Shown here: piece by piece, positions 63,818-64,000 of the stretch
Position numbering within the stretch: the stretch's first letter is position 1
Layout of the letters: every line of letters begins with the position of its first letter
DNA from: Methanocorpusculum sp.
GTDB taxonomy: Archaea; Halobacteriota; Methanomicrobia; Methanomicrobiales; Methanocorpusculaceae
DNA length: 64,000 nt
Assembly (NCBI GenBank): GCA_965229365.1
Contig: OZ245878.1
Location: 1,472,820-1,536,819 of the forward strand
Direction: 5' to 3'
Translations under genes and position numbers: made by a program
Notes under the pieces: generated by a model
Told to the model about the DNA's origin: nothing
Seen by the model: the letters and a program-made list of their open reading frames with translations, nothing else
Databases searched by the model: none

Positions 63818-64000
63818 CTCAAATTTGTTTTTGAATCGATTTTTTAATTACTGTCAGTCCTGCTGTTGTGAGGTATGCCACAAAAATCAGGAAAGCTGCT
63901 ACGTATCCATAGGCCGCCGGGAGGACGTGGGGCAAACCTAGAAGCAGAATGGCAAACAAAATGATTGCCGAGACGCCGATGATAACATCAAATATCCAAT
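63818..64000 (-). CDS. 3' end of a membrane-protein gene continuing beyond the window
   Basis: Minus-strand open frame ...IIGVSAIILFAILLLGLPHVLPAAYGYVAAFLIFVAYLTTAGLTVIKKSIQKQI* with no start inside the window. Confidence 0.3.

Overview
This 64-kb window is archaeal chromosome, about 50% GC. Archaeal basal-transcription genes are present (two TBP paralogs, TFE, TFS), along with Trm56, an archaeosortase-like protein, and the COG1900/NIL-ferredoxin homocysteine pathway and an MfnD-like ATP-grasp ligase. These point to a methanogen-type euryarchaeon, possibly of the Methanomicrobiales; this is inference.

The housekeeping backbone includes gdhA, serS, an ECF transporter EcfT/EcfA pair, a geranylgeranyl reductase, a trpE-D-C-F-B-A operon, ilvE, hisD, and tRNA-Glu(UUC) and tRNA-Gly(CCC). 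It is punctuated by four copies of one 1345-bp IS element with 15-bp terminal inverted repeats, and an IS5-family element at the window end. A low-GC island at about 21.0-25.2 kb carries an alpha/beta hydrolase, an LCMT-type methyltransferase and an IS-TetR-IS composite. The window also holds a YprA/YprB (MrfA/MrfB)-like helicase/exonuclease pair, a copA/HMA copper module and three tandem AMP-forming ligase paralogs.

The most unusual locus, at 28.07-32.59 kb, is a tandem triplet of paralogous zinc-ribbon / repeat-motif / membrane-anchor proteins. It is followed by a small polytopic protein, a helical protein and an SPFH (band-7, COG4260-type) protein with four C-terminal zinc ribbons. This resembles a PspA-less version of the Bacillus ydjGHI membrane-stress module and appears undescribed for archaea.

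A striking global feature is gene breakage. Many ORFs are split by single-nucleotide frame breaks that fall in mononucleotide runs (trpB, trpC, trpD, trpE, GGR, HIT, pirin, copA, the hydrolase, the methyltransferase, the SPFH protein, the helicase). There are also several clean in-frame nonsense codons at conserved residues (copA x3, trpD, two of the Zn-ribbon paralogs). From sequence alone I cannot tell homopolymer sequencing error from real genome erosion. Coordinates derived by hand (tRNAs, IS ends, repeats, merged genes) may be off by 1-2 nt.
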